A DNA stretch of 64,000 nt, taken from positions 1 to 64,000 of IMG/VR virus record IMGVR_UViG_3300023179_000046; one strand, written 5' to 3'. Below are positions 21,359 to 31,958 of the stretch, in pieces. Origin of the DNA: a virus. A program made the position numbers and the translations under genes. The notes under the pieces were generated by a model that ran no database searches, had not been told where the DNA came from, and saw only the letters and a program-made list of their open reading frames with translations. Positions within the stretch are counted from its first letter, which is position 1. Every line of letters begins with the position of its first letter.

Positions 21359-24300
21359 TAACCTAATCTCCTATTAGTCCCCATAGCACTATCCCGCCTC
21401 TTAATAGTTCTCAATACTTTATCTGCAATCTCATCAGCGGAAGCATTACTGCCTGCAACGTTGACATTTATATTATACTCCACATTACTAGTATTACTAA
21501 TATTGGCATCACGAAGTTTAGCGTTCTGACGATTAAGCATTTCCTCTGACCTCTTTAAATCAGAACGATCAGCAAAACCTACATTAGAATTAAGTTGGTC
21601 AAAGAAGGCTGAACCATATTTTTTAACCGCCCCGGCACGCATAACATACTCGCCATTAGACAGCCGAGCCTTGACTCTATCATCGCTACCACCACCGGGG
21701 CCGGAAACTAAACCACCATCAGCAAAACGGAAAGCAGCATTAAGGTTACCGCCAGTCACCTTCATGTTTGAATAATCAAACCCGTCCCAGTCATCATCGT
21801 ATACTTGCTTAAGAGTAGGTATAGATGCAGCAGTACCAACAGAAGCCCCGCCGCTAGAAGGAGTACCCGCAGCCTTGCCACCGAAAATAGACAAAGGTTT
21901 CCCATTGTTACCAATCCAAGGAACCCGACCGCCAGACTCACGTTGAATCAAATCAGGAATATTCTTCCAAGCAAAGTGCAGGTGGGGGGAGGTCATCGTT
22001 CGGCCCTTTACAGGAGTTTTTTGCACACCACCGCGACCTAAGGATTCACCGGCCCGAACTTTACGCCCTGTCACTACATCAGGATTCATGTGAGCATATC
22101 TAATAGTTCCACCCAAACTATTAACTTCAACCCAACCGGGAAGATAGAACGGATCACCCGGCGCTCTACCAACCCTAGAAACTGTACCAGAAACTAATGA
22201 TCTAAAATCTTCGCCAAGAGGGGCATGAATGTCATTGACACCCCCATTGGAGGCTCCCCACCATCCTTCTGCGTGCCGACCACCACGATTATAGTACCGC
22301 CCATTTGTTACAGTGGTGGCTCTTACAGGAGGGGACCAATTATTACTGCTAGGAACATCATTGGCGGGGCCACCAACAAAACCGCCGGAAGCAAATCTAT
22401 TTTTATTAATTGCATCTAGCATTCCCCTTCCATAAGACTTAACTGAATCTGCCTTAATCACATATTCACCATTAGATAGACGAGCGGGAATATCATCAGA
22501 AGTACCTGTTCCCGGCCCTGAAATATATCCACCCTCAGCAAATGGTAGGGTCCGGCCTCCACCGTTTGGCGCTGGCGTTGGTTTTGGTCTATCTGCTCCC
22601 GGCTTCAAATTCCAAATAAGTTTACCGTCTGAATCAATAGTTACAGATATGTCTGGAAATTTCATATCCGTAATGGTGCCATTTGAATTAATAAAAATTG
22701 TATTTGCAGGGTCGGCTGTGTAGTCAGCCCAAGTTTTTTGAACTGCTTTAATTTGTGCAGTAGCCACGGCCTCTGCCTTGGGGGGAAGTTTCTTAACTGC
22801 CTCCTCTAACGCTTTAGCCGCCGTATCAATTTTATCCGTATTGCCAGTCATTAGGGCTTCTAGATATTTGGTTTGTGCGGTCTGAACCGCAGTCGAAGTT
22901 TTTTGAGCATTAGTAGCAGCATTCTCTAACTGTGTTTGAAGGACGCCCATTCTTTTCTGAGCAGCCGCATTTGACTTTGTTAAAGTCTTTGACTCAGCCT
23001 CAAAAGCCTTATCCCTAATGCCAGCCAACTTATTGATAGTGTCAACTCTCTCATTAAGTTTAGTTATTTCTTCCTGAGTAGAATCAAGTTTAGCCTGATC
23101 CTTTTCATCTGCCGCCTGCTTCTTCTTTAACTCTGCTTGCTTATCCAACTCAGCATTATAGGCACTCTGAGCAAGGGCGGCACCCAAAAGGTCACCATCA
23201 TTACGAGCCTTATTAATATTAAGCATTAAGCCTTCAAGAGTTAAATCTTGTTGGCGTTCCTGATCCTTCTTATCAAATAGTTTTTGGCGGGCATTCATTT
23301 CCTTCCGAATAGTATCCATATACTTATTCTTAGCCTTAATAGTGTCCTGAATGCCCTCTACTTCTTTATCATCTTTTTCCTTAAGCCTGTCCCTTTCCTC
23401 ATTAATCTGTTCCAAGCGGGCATTATTTGAATCAATACCGGCTTGCTCGTTTTTAAGGCTCCTAGAATATCCAGCAGAAGTTTCAGCGTAGATAGCATTA
23501 GAAGAAGTAACTTGTCCAAAGTCAGCCTTCTGCCCTGCCTCGCCACGGCGACCGCCCCTACTGTAATCTTCCTTACCATTAAAAATACCTTGAGTTTTGC
23601 CAAACATTGCATTTTCATTATCAACTGCTGTCCTGAAAGCGGAATCTTCAACATATGCTTTAGAAAAATTGACCCGCGCGGCCTCTGTCTGAAAGACAAT
23701 TCCAGCACCAGAAAAAGCATTTTGTACCGCGCCTAAAGACTGAACAAACAATTTGGCGCGGGCATTAGAATCTTCAAATGACGTAGCCACTGTTTGCATT
23801 TCAGTGGACATACCCTGAGTCATTCCTTTAACTAATAATGATATGCCTTGCGGGTCGTTGCCTGCTGCCGCAAAGGAGGCCTCTACTGCTCCCTTAAATT
23901 GCTCAGGGCCAGCCAATAGGGCATTTTGCAGATTAGCAACAATAGTTTTATTTGCTACGTCATACGCATTAACATATTTCTGTATTCCCGGTGCATAGTT
24001 TTTTAGATTATCAAGACTACCATTAATTTCTTTCATAAATGCTGCCCACTTGTCGTTGACCCCATTAATGTCATCCTCAGTAGTAATACCGGCTATTTTT
24101 GCAGCATTGGAAATATTATTGTCACTATTATTGACTAAATCGGCCCCTGTACGATTGCTTCCCATTGCATCCGTGATCTTGGCTATATTGTCGCTCTTAG
24201 TAAAATCACTTACATTAAAATCTTTTAAAAACTGAAATCTTTTTAATGTTGCATCTGAAAATGCAGTTTCATTTACAAATTCCGACAAGGGACGACGACC

Positions 24301-27300
24301 AGTGGGAGACATACTATTCTGCGGTTCCTCAATACCAAGTTTATTGCCTTGTGAATTATATGCAGCAGTAGCCTTTTGTATAGCATAATCGTAATCTTCT
24401 TTAGCATACGCAATAGTTCGCTCTAGTTCACCCTTCTGACCAAACATACCATTAACAATGCCAGAAGTTGCTTCACTCTGACTACCCTTTTGTATGGCCT
24501 GCTTTAAAAATTCATCTATTTTAGATTGGTCCCCATTAGTTATTAATTCAAGTATTTTTTCTTGAGTTACGCCTATCCCCTTTAACTTATCCCAATCCTC
24601 TACGCTAATTTGTTTAACAAGTGCTGTTTGTGCTGCGGAATTGCCGACAGTTATTGGCTTACCTTCACTCGTTAAATTATTAAATACTTTCTCTCCCGCG
24701 CCTGCGTAATATTGCTTAAATGCTTCGCTAGCAGTATCTTCTGGTTTTGTATTTTTATAATTAGACTCAAAATCCTTTACCATATTTTTTGCAATAGTTT
24801 CAGGAATACTAGCATTTTTAGCCAACGCAAGGACAACTTGGGATGCTTTTTCTAAAGTCCCGCCAGCCATCAAAATATTGTCATATTGAACTTTTAGATT
24901 ACCCTTTTGTTGTTCTGGCGTACCACCCTTAAGACTTTCAATTAAATTTTTGGTAGCATCAGTTCCATTAGCAAAGGCCTGAGCAAGATTATCAACTGCC
25001 GTTCTAAATTTATCAGTAACACCACCCATACCAGAAAATATTGATTTTGTTTTACTGAAAGAAAGACCAACCGTATTTAAAACATCCTGTGATCCAGTCA
25101 TTGTAGCGATATATTTTTTAGAAGCAGCAATACTACTATTAATAGCATTAGCCATTTGTCTTTCTTGTTCTTCCTGCTTTCCCTTAATGCCACCAATAAT
25201 GGCACCGCCAATAAGACCCGCCGCCATGCCATAGGGACCAAACATAGCACCAATTCCAAGGCCAGACATAGCCCCGCCCAAAGCGCCCGACACAGCGGTC
25301 TGACCACCAGCCTTTTCAGCCATATTAGCAGAAGCAACAGACCCTATCCCCGAAGCCCCCATAGCCCCCATAGAAGCCATCATGCCCACGCTACCCATCA
25401 TGCCGCCCATGCCGCCAAAGCCACCCCTTCCCTTACTCATGAGGCCACGTTGCTTGGCTTGTTCCTTTCCTGCTTCACGATCAACTTTATATTTTTCTTT
25501 TGCCGTTTTTAATTGTTCTTTCATTCCTTGAAGGTTTTCTTCATTTGCCTGTATTTGCTCTAGAATATTATCTGACACTTCGGCACCCTGTTCAATCATC
25601 TTTTGAGCAGTAGCCTGTAGAAGTTTTTGTTTCTTTTCCAATAAGGAAACTTCTTCTTTAAGTTGTTCAACAACGGTAGAGCCACCATTGACAAAACCCC
25701 TAACCTGCCCGCCATGACTAAACTTTTTAGCATTAATATTATCAATAAAGCCCTTACCATAGTGACCTACAGCATCAGCATTAATAACATATTCTCCATT
25801 GGAAAGAAGGGCGGGAATTAGATCATCTTTAGGACCGCCCGCCCCTGAAATATAAGAACCATTAGCAAAACCCATAACGCCTTTTGCCCAACCACGCGCA
25901 TCATTCAGGTGGCGTGTAGTTCTAGATGCATCAGACATTTTTGAAAGCAATTGCATGTTTGAGTTATATTGATCTACCCCACCCTCTAAAATTCTATCCA
26001 TAAAAGCAATTGATTCTTTTTCATATCGCCTCTGTGGATCAAACAATGTTGGTGTATTTCCAATCATAAGGTTAGTTGGATTCTCAGAAAGATGCATTAA
26101 AAATTTTTTGAATTCTAATGCTTCGGAATAAGTTGAAAATTGCCCTCTATATTTAAAAACATTGTTTGTTAATGGAAAATTTTTCATAAGTTCAGGATTG
26201 TCTTTTGACAAATGATACATTTGCCTAAGCAATTGATTTAATTCGCCCCGAACTAAAACAGTATTTCCTTCAACATATGGAATTTTTTCTCCATTTTCAT
26301 CGACTCCGTAAATATGTGATCTCTCAAAACCTGAACCTTGCCTACCACTAGCCAAGTTTCTAATTCTCATTCTTGCTTTTATTTCATTATCTTCGTCAAC
26401 TTTGCCCGCGCCCTGTAAATAAGCAAATTGTTGCAATTCATTTCTTGAACCGTCAGCAGCAGAAATTGCTCTATATAGTGCTGAACCTATAGATCGTGAA
26501 AATCTTCCAATGCCGCCGCCAATTCCAAATTTTAATATTCCACCATTTTTAAGGCCAGTAACCATAGCCTCAGAATACAACTTAGACATAAAACCGGGGC
26601 TATCAACAACACCATGACGCCCGTTATCAAAAACGCCAACATTATGATAATATCCTCTTAATACCTGCCAAAGTCGGCCCTCAACACCAATATCTGTTCC
26701 ATCAGATTTTAATAAGTTATAACGCTCGCTAGGGGACATTAATGCGCTTGCATCATTACCCGGCATAAAAAAGTTTTTAGCGTCAGATTTTCCATCAAAC
26801 CATTTCTCATATTTAGCCTTCTTTATTTCAGAAAAAGGAATACCATATTTCTTCTCAAAGTAGGCTTTAGCAAATTCTGCTTCATCTATTGAAATACCGG
26901 ATCTATTAGTATCCAAAGCCACCGGCCCGCTCATTAATCTACTATCATCAATGTCTCTGTCCGCAAATCGGTGACGCATAGCAATATCACGCAAAATTGG
27001 CTGAGCGTCTTGCAAGCCCCTAGGCTCAGCAAGCATACTCATAAAAGTACTCCAACCAGTATTCGGATCATGGTCCCTTGGATTAGCAGACAAACCACTT
27101 CTATTTATATACCTACTACCCAATTTAGAAAGCATTGCAGAATCAATAATAAATTCGTGTTCCTGCCTTGCCCCCGAATAGTTAGCACCCTGAATACCAA
27201 GAATCGCAGACTTAGGAACATCCATTTCAATTAATCTACCAGTAGTATTACTGTAACCATCACCACGCGCAAAATTAGCAGCAACAGAAGGATTAAGAGA

Positions 27301-30300
27301 CATAGAAATATATTTAGCAGAATCTTCCAAAGCACCACTAGAGAAACCATAATTCCCCATAGCATCCTGCCTCTGGTCCGCGCCCGCCCTCACAGCACGA
27401 TAAAGCCTTACGGTGTCACCCGGCATAGAATCTAATAACTCTGCAATAGAAGCCCGACCCTTAGCAATAACTGCTGGATCAAGAGAAGCCAAAGGCCGCT
27501 TGTCGCCCTGCCCCATAACGGCTAAAGAAGCATGAGCCTCCAAAGCATCACGAAGCATTTTTTCTTCTTCTGTATTTTTATAAGAGTGATTCTTTAATGC
27601 ATCCAATAAATCTTGCGTACTAATATTAGTTTTAGCGCCGAGCCGACGAGATTCAAAAAATTTATCTATATCCTTGCCCATATAGGCACTTTTATCTGAC
27701 TTCAAATAAGATTCAATAACATCATCATTAAATCTATCTGAACCGGCAGGCTTAAATATATCCATAAGCGACTTTGGAAATAGTTTACCTGTAGATAGCC
27801 TATTTATAATTCCGGCAATTCCACCAGAAGCAAATTTCTTAGCATTAATGGACTCCATAAAGCCTTTACCGTAATGCCCAACAGCATTAGCGTTAACGAC
27901 ATACTCTCCGTTAGAGAGAAGGGCAGGGATAACATCATCTCTAGGCCCGCCCGGTCCAGTAATATGACCACCCGATGCGAACTTCTTGCCACCGCCCCAC
28001 AGTCGGGCCACGGCAGCATCACGTTGGGCAGCAGCAGCGCGTGACGCAGCAGCAGCAGATTCAGCCTGAGCCGCCCTACGAGCAGCATCATCAGCAGCCT
28101 TAGCGGAACCAGTGGCCCACAAGGTAGACACAAAGGAAGATGGGCGGGCATTAGTCGGGGATACCGAAGCCGCTGCCGCAGCCTGCCTAACACTATTAGA
28201 TGCCTGATTAATTTGTGTAGCCAAAGTTTGAGAGGTTGACTTAATAGTATTAGCAAATTCAGCGAACGCCCGAACCGTTAAATCAATTCCACTAGTTGCA
28301 ACAGTAGCAGTATGAATAAGTCCCGGCGTCTGATTACGCATACCTTGACGCACAGCATCGGCCTGCTTTTGTCCAGCCTGACCAGAAGCAATACTTAAAT
28401 CTTTCTGCATACTTGCACTAAGAGAACTAAAAACGGAAGTGTAGGCTGTAGACAATGACTGTGCAAATGCTGTGGTAACTGCCCGCAAATCTTTAGCGGT
28501 TACACCTGAACCACCAGAAGCAACAATGGCCTGCTCGGTACTCTTGAATGCATCATTATACATAACGGCAACATCTCTAATGGCCTCCTTTCGCATTTTT
28601 TCCCAATTGTCTACTCCTAAAGATGAAGCAAACCAAGCCTGAACCTGCTCAGGGGATCTGCCAGCAGCAGCGATCTTAGCAAATTTTTTACCAATCTCAG
28701 GGTCAGCCTTTTCTAATTCTTTTAAAGCCCGCAGCGTTGCTAGTTGTTCGCCAGAGAATCTACTTGCGTTAATGACACCTAATTCTGGCGCAGCCGCCTT
28801 AATGTTGGCCTCGGTTGGCTTAATCTTTAAGTCATCTAAAACTTCTGAAATAATTTTTGAAGTCATCATGTGTGGAGGAATCAAAGGTAGTGCTTGATCT
28901 TGATTCCTTTGATTAATGATATCCCCCATGCCGCCTTGTCGGGTCCAAGTGCCGGGGACAATAGCCATAGACCCAAACATTTGTTGAGTCATTTCGTTAG
29001 GGACCATATGGGAGAATACTGTCCCTGAGCCATTCTTAGGGTCGCCTAATGCGTATCTACCAGATTGAGCCTTTTCTTGATTAAAGTAAATCTGAGACGG
29101 CCTAAGGCCTTCTTTAATAACATCAGCAACATCTGCCGGTCTACCAGTAAAAATTAATGGAGCGCCCCCTGAGCCTCCACCAGAGGGGCGAGGGCCACCG
29201 GGGATGAGTAAGCCTCCAGCGGGACCACCGGGGCCGGGAGGTTTAGGTCCAGCGCCAGCATTGATTGCTGCAATTCTATCAACCTGTGCCGCGTAGTCTT
29301 GAAGGGCACGGGTAAATGCAGACATAATTTTTTGTTGTTGATTCATCTGACGTGAAACGTTATTGTTTAATTTTTCTGTTGCTAACTGAGCCTTATCAAT
29401 TTCTTCAAAATAGTTGCTAAGGTTTTTAAGGCCAGCGGTAAAGGAGGTAAAGGGATCTTTAAACCCGCCCCCCGCCGAAAAACCCTGCTTAAACATTCTC
29501 ATGGTGTTTTGCATCTTAAACATTTGTCCCATAAGGTTAGTTAAAAGACCCGCAAACATGAGGACGGGGCCGAAGATAGCCGCACCACCCAAAAGCCCAC
29601 CAATAATATATTTCAGCGGACCTAGTTTTTGGAATACGTTAATAATAGAAGTAACAGTATCTAAAGTTTTAGAAGCAAGGTCAAGGAATACTTGACCAAT
29701 GGGGAGAAGTGCGGTTTTAAAACTTTCTAGGGCACGATTAAATTTACCAGAACTAGACTGTTGTAGAATTTCTGTTTGCTGCTGTGCTACATCGTTTAAC
29801 TGCTTTTGGCTCAACGTCATCATATTCATGACTTTGGCTGACTGTGTACCCTTAGCGTTAAAGTTATCTAGAAGGGCCGTAATACGAGCAGCCTGATATT
29901 TACCAAAGAGTTCTGAAATGGCCTGTGAGCGTTGGACTCCAGAAAGTTTACCTAACTCAACCTGTAATTGTTGAACCATGCCAACAACATTACCCTCATT
30001 AGCCTTAACTAAACCTTTAATGTCTATACCAAATTGTGAAAGTCTTTCCGACGCAGCCTTAGTTGGGCTAACTAATCTCTGCATAGAGTTCTTTAAAGCG
30101 TTAGCACCCTCAGTTGCGGGAACACCGCCCTCTTTCATAGCAACAATAAATGCAACAGTGTCCTTGTACGACCCGCCCAAGTTTCTAATAATTGGACCCA
30201 CGCGCGGGATGGCCTCAATTAAGTCTTTCATCGTTGTAGAGGTAGCAGCCTGTGCTGCTGAGAAGAAGTTCATAGCCTCAGCAGTCTGCTCAGTGCTTAG

Positions 30301-31230
30301 CCTATATGCGGTCTGTAAAGAAATGGTTGCTTTCATAGCAGATTGTTGATCTGTCTCACCCAAAACCATACCCTGCGTAACTGTTTTAGTTAAACCTAAT
30401 AATTGATCTTGTGTGTATCCTGCTGCTGCTAGGGCAGCCGCGACGCCAGTAGTATTAGCAGCGGACTGCCCATACATATTGGCTAATTCAGCAGAAAGTT
30501 CTTGAACCTTACCCTTAATCTCATTAAGGGCGTCAGCCGAAGGTAAAGAGGCTGAGAATTTTTCTCCCGCCTCCCCACCAACACCATAGGCTCTTTGCAA
30601 GGCCTGCATGCCCTTATCGACTTCATAAAACATTTTAGCCAAAGCCGCGCCGGATGCTAAAATTGGAACAGTAAAACCAACCATCAACTGACGACCGGCC
30701 CACTGAGTATTCTTACCAAGATTAATCATATGGTTAGCGGCATCACGCATAGTTGTATTTAAAAGTTGTTGCTGGATGCGGGTAACTTGAAGTTGCTTCC
30801 CAAGTTGCTCAGTGTTAGTAATAACATGAGCAAAGCCACCCTTAGTGGTAGAAGGAATAACGTTAGATTGTAAAATTTGTGCCTGAGCCTGAGCAACACG
30901 ATTAAGAACAGGAATAACTTCCTGTCCCCGATTTTTATAGATTTGAAAATATTGCTCAGTAGATAAACGACCACGATTAATTTTGTCTGTTAAGTTTTGT
31001 GTAGCATTAGATAACTTAACAGTTTCAACATTAAGGCCTCTTACAGAACTTAAAGTGTCTAGAAAAGATGCTTCTGCGCTTTTTAAGTTAGTCTGAATAT
31101 CCTTAGAGTAGGCTGTGCCGAATCTTTGGTTCGACAAATTAGCCATCGAAGCGCGTAGTTGAGCCAACTCCTTATATACAGGAGCAAAATTGGCAGTACC
31201 TACGAGTTCAATATTGATTTTTTCAGACAA
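21358..31230 (-). CDS. Tape measure protein (3290 aa) with ART-like and M23-like cargo domains
   Basis: TP901-type core (NTQWAGRQLMVGFTVP...GANALKNSMQRL), coiled coils, four FAxGGxxxGPGxxxxDxIPAxLSNGEYV-type repeats, and M23 DIHAPLG..YAHM..PHLHF. Confidence 0.93.
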   Translation of the reverse strand: MSEKINIELVGTANFAPVYKELAQLRASMANLSNQRFGTAYSKDIQTNLKSAEASFLDTLSSVRGLNVETVKLSNATQNLTDKINRGRLSTEQYFQIYKNRGQEVIPVLNRVAQAQAQILQSNVIPSTTKGGFAHVITNTEQLGKQLQVTRIQQQLLNTTMRDAANHMINLGKNTQWAGRQLMVGFTVPILASGAALAKMFYEVDKGMQALQRAYGVGGEAGEKFSASLPSADALNEIKGKVQELSAELANMYGQSAANTTGVAAALAAAGYTQDQLLGLTKTVTQGMVLGETDQQSAMKATISLQTAYRLSTEQTAEAMNFFSAAQAATSTTMKDLIEAIPRVGPIIRNLGGSYKDTVAFIVAMKEGGVPATEGANALKNSMQRLVSPTKAASERLSQFGIDIKGLVKANEGNVVGMVQQLQVELGKLSGVQRSQAISELFGKYQAARITALLDNFNAKGTQSAKVMNMMTLSQKQLNDVAQQQTEILQQSSSGKFNRALESFKTALLPIGQVFLDLASKTLDTVTSIINVFQKLGPLKYIIGGLLGGAAIFGPVLMFAGLLTNLMGQMFKMQNTMRMFKQGFSAGGGFKDPFTSFTAGLKNLSNYFEEIDKAQLATEKLNNNVSRQMNQQQKIMSAFTRALQDYAAQVDRIAAINAGAGPKPPGPGGPAGGLLIPGGPRPSGGGSGGAPLIFTGRPADVADVIKEGLRPSQIYFNQEKAQSGRYALGDPKNGSGTVFSHMVPNEMTQQMFGSMAIVPGTWTRQGGMGDIINQRNQDQALPLIPPHMMTSKIISEVLDDLKIKPTEANIKAAAPELGVINASRFSGEQLATLRALKELEKADPEIGKKFAKIAAAGRSPEQVQAWFASSLGVDNWEKMRKEAIRDVAVMYNDAFKSTEQAIVASGGSGVTAKDLRAVTTAFAQSLSTAYTSVFSSLSASMQKDLSIASGQAGQKQADAVRQGMRNQTPGLIHTATVATSGIDLTVRAFAEFANTIKSTSQTLATQINQASNSVRQAAAAASVSPTNARPSSFVSTLWATGSAKAADDAARRAAQAESAAAASRAAAAQRDAAVARLWGGGKKFASGGHITGPGGPRDDVIPALLSNGEYVVNANAVGHYGKGFMESINAKKFASGGIAGIINRLSTGKLFPKSLMDIFKPAGSDRFNDDVIESYLKSDKSAYMGKDIDKFFESRRLGAKTNISTQDLLDALKNHSYKNTEEEKMLRDALEAHASLAVMGQGDKRPLASLDPAVIAKGRASIAELLDSMPGDTVRLYRAVRAGADQRQDAMGNYGFSSGALEDSAKYISMSLNPSVAANFARGDGYSNTTGRLIEMDVPKSAILGIQGANYSGARQEHEFIIDSAMLSKLGSRYINRSGLSANPRDHDPNTGWSTFMSMLAEPRGLQDAQPILRDIAMRHRFADRDIDDSRLMSGPVALDTNRSGISIDEAEFAKAYFEKKYGIPFSEIKKAKYEKWFDGKSDAKNFFMPGNDASALMSPSERYNLLKSDGTDIGVEGRLWQVLRGYYHNVGVFDNGRHGVVDSPGFMSKLYSEAMVTGLKNGGILKFGIGGGIGRFSRSIGSALYRAISAADGSRNELQQFAYLQGAGKVDEDNEIKARMRIRNLASGRQGSGFERSHIYGVDENGEKIPYVEGNTVLVRGELNQLLRQMYHLSKDNPELMKNFPLTNNVFKYRGQFSTYSEALEFKKFLMHLSENPTNLMIGNTPTLFDPQRRYEKESIAFMDRILEGGVDQYNSNMQLLSKMSDASRTTRHLNDARGWAKGVMGFANGSYISGAGGPKDDLIPALLSNGEYVINADAVGHYGKGFIDNINAKKFSHGGQVRGFVNGGSTVVEQLKEEVSLLEKKQKLLQATAQKMIEQGAEVSDNILEQIQANEENLQGMKEQLKTAKEKYKVDREAGKEQAKQRGLMSKGRGGFGGMGGMMGSVGMMASMGAMGASGIGSVASANMAEKAGGQTAVSGALGGAMSGLGIGAMFGPYGMAAGLIGGAIIGGIKGKQEEQERQMANAINSSIAASKKYIATMTGSQDVLNTVGLSFSKTKSIFSGMGGVTDKFRTAVDNLAQAFANGTDATKNLIESLKGGTPEQQKGNLKVQYDNILMAGGTLEKASQVVLALAKNASIPETIAKNMVKDFESNYKNTKPEDTASEAFKQYYAGAGEKVFNNLTSEGKPITVGNSAAQTALVKQISVEDWDKLKGIGVTQEKILELITNGDQSKIDEFLKQAIQKGSQSEATSGIVNGMFGQKGELERTIAYAKEDYDYAIQKATAAYNSQGNKLGIEEPQNSMSPTGRRPLSEFVNETAFSDATLKRFQFLKDFNVSDFTKSDNIAKITDAMGSNRTGADLVNNSDNNISNAAKIAGITTEDDINGVNDKWAAFMKEINGSLDNLKNYAPGIQKYVNAYDVANKTIVANLQNALLAGPEQFKGAVEASFAAAGNDPQGISLLVKGMTQGMSTEMQTVATSFEDSNARAKLFVQSLGAVQNAFSGAGIVFQTEAARVNFSKAYVEDSAFRTAVDNENAMFGKTQGIFNGKEDYSRGGRRGEAGQKADFGQVTSSNAIYAETSAGYSRSLKNEQAGIDSNNARLEQINEERDRLKEKDDKEVEGIQDTIKAKNKYMDTIRKEMNARQKLFDKKDQERQQDLTLEGLMLNINKARNDGDLLGAALAQSAYNAELDKQAELKKKQAADEKDQAKLDSTQEEITKLNERVDTINKLAGIRDKAFEAESKTLTKSNAAAQKRMGVLQTQLENAATNAQKTSTAVQTAQTKYLEALMTGNTDKIDTAAKALEEAVKKLPPKAEAVATAQIKAVQKTWADYTADPANTIFINSNGTITDMKFPDISVTIDSDGKLIWNLKPGADRPKPTPAPNGGGRTLPFAEGGYISGPGTGTSDDIPARLSNGEYVIKADSVKSYGRGMLDAINKNRFASGGFVGGPANDVPSSNNWSPPVRATTVTNGRYYNRGGRHAEGWWGASNGGVNDIHAPLGEDFRSLVSGTVSRVGRAPGDPFYLPGWVEVNSLGGTIRYAHMNPDVVTGRKVRAGESLGRGGVQKTPVKGRTMTSPHLHFAWKNIPDLIQRESGGRVPWIGNNGKPLSIFGGKAAGTPSSGGASVGTAASIPTLKQVYDDDWDGFDYSNMKVTGGNLNAAFRFADGGLVSGPGGGSDDRVKARLSNGEYVMRAGAVKKYGSAFFDQLNSNVGFADRSDLKRSEEMLNRQNAKLRDANISNTSNVEYNINVNVAGSNASADEIADKVLRTIKRRDSAMGTNRRLG

Positions 31231-31231
31231 C

Positions 31232-31872
31232 TTATTCGTTTACCTCCATGAAGCCCAAGCCAAATCCGATACCGAAACCAGCCTGTGCCGCAGCCGTACC
31301 GCTAAGAGTTTTAATGTCTTGTTTGTTTTCTTCTGCTTTTGCAGTTTCTTCATCAAGATCAATCCCTTGCAGCATAGCCATAAATTTTTTATCTCTAGCG
31401 TCTTTATCCCTAATAGCATTAACAGTAATTAGTAACTCGTCAAAAGAAAGACTTTCTTCTAACTCGTCATAATTCTTCCAATGACCTAACAAAAACACTT
31501 CACCCTCTAAAGCAACGAGGTCTAATTTATCCCAACTAGACCCGTTGCCCCGAGATTTGGGTCATCGCCCATTTTCAACCCGCCAGCAATTTCAAGAATC
31601 TTCATCAAAGTAGGAACCTCAATGACATCTTCAAACTTTTCTCTATCCTCAGCCAACTCAGGTGAAAACTGATTCATACACACCATCCCGGCCTCAATAA
31701 AAACATCTAGCGCATCTTCTTCGGTCTTAACATCTTCGCTATCTAACTTTGCAATAACCTTAGTAAATTTCTTTAGATTTTTAATTGTTAACGGGCGAAC
31801 ATCAATTTCTTCCCCATTAGATAACTTAACTTCTACAATTTCGTAGACATAATCTGCCATTACTGCCTCCAT
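31232..31872 (-). CDS. Tail assembly chaperones (gpG 31522..31872 and gpGT via -1 frameshift)
   Basis: Between the tail tube and tape measure genes. Slippery C CCA AAT (plus strand 31555..31561) leads into a -1 frame PKSRGNGSSWDKLDLVALEGEVFLLGHWK, which joins ORF 31232..31498. Confidence 0.8.
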
Positions 31873-31911
31873 CGACTTTAAATGATTATATCAATAATAG
31901 TCACTCAAATA

Positions 31912-31941
31912 CAAATACCCCCGTAAAAACGAGGGTATCTG
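31912..31941 (-). terminator. Intrinsic terminator after the major tail gene
   Basis: Imperfect inverted repeat CAAATACCCCCGT-AAAA-ACGAGGGTATCTG just past the stop. Confidence 0.55.
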
Positions 31942-31958
31942 TACTGTAGCGTTAAATA

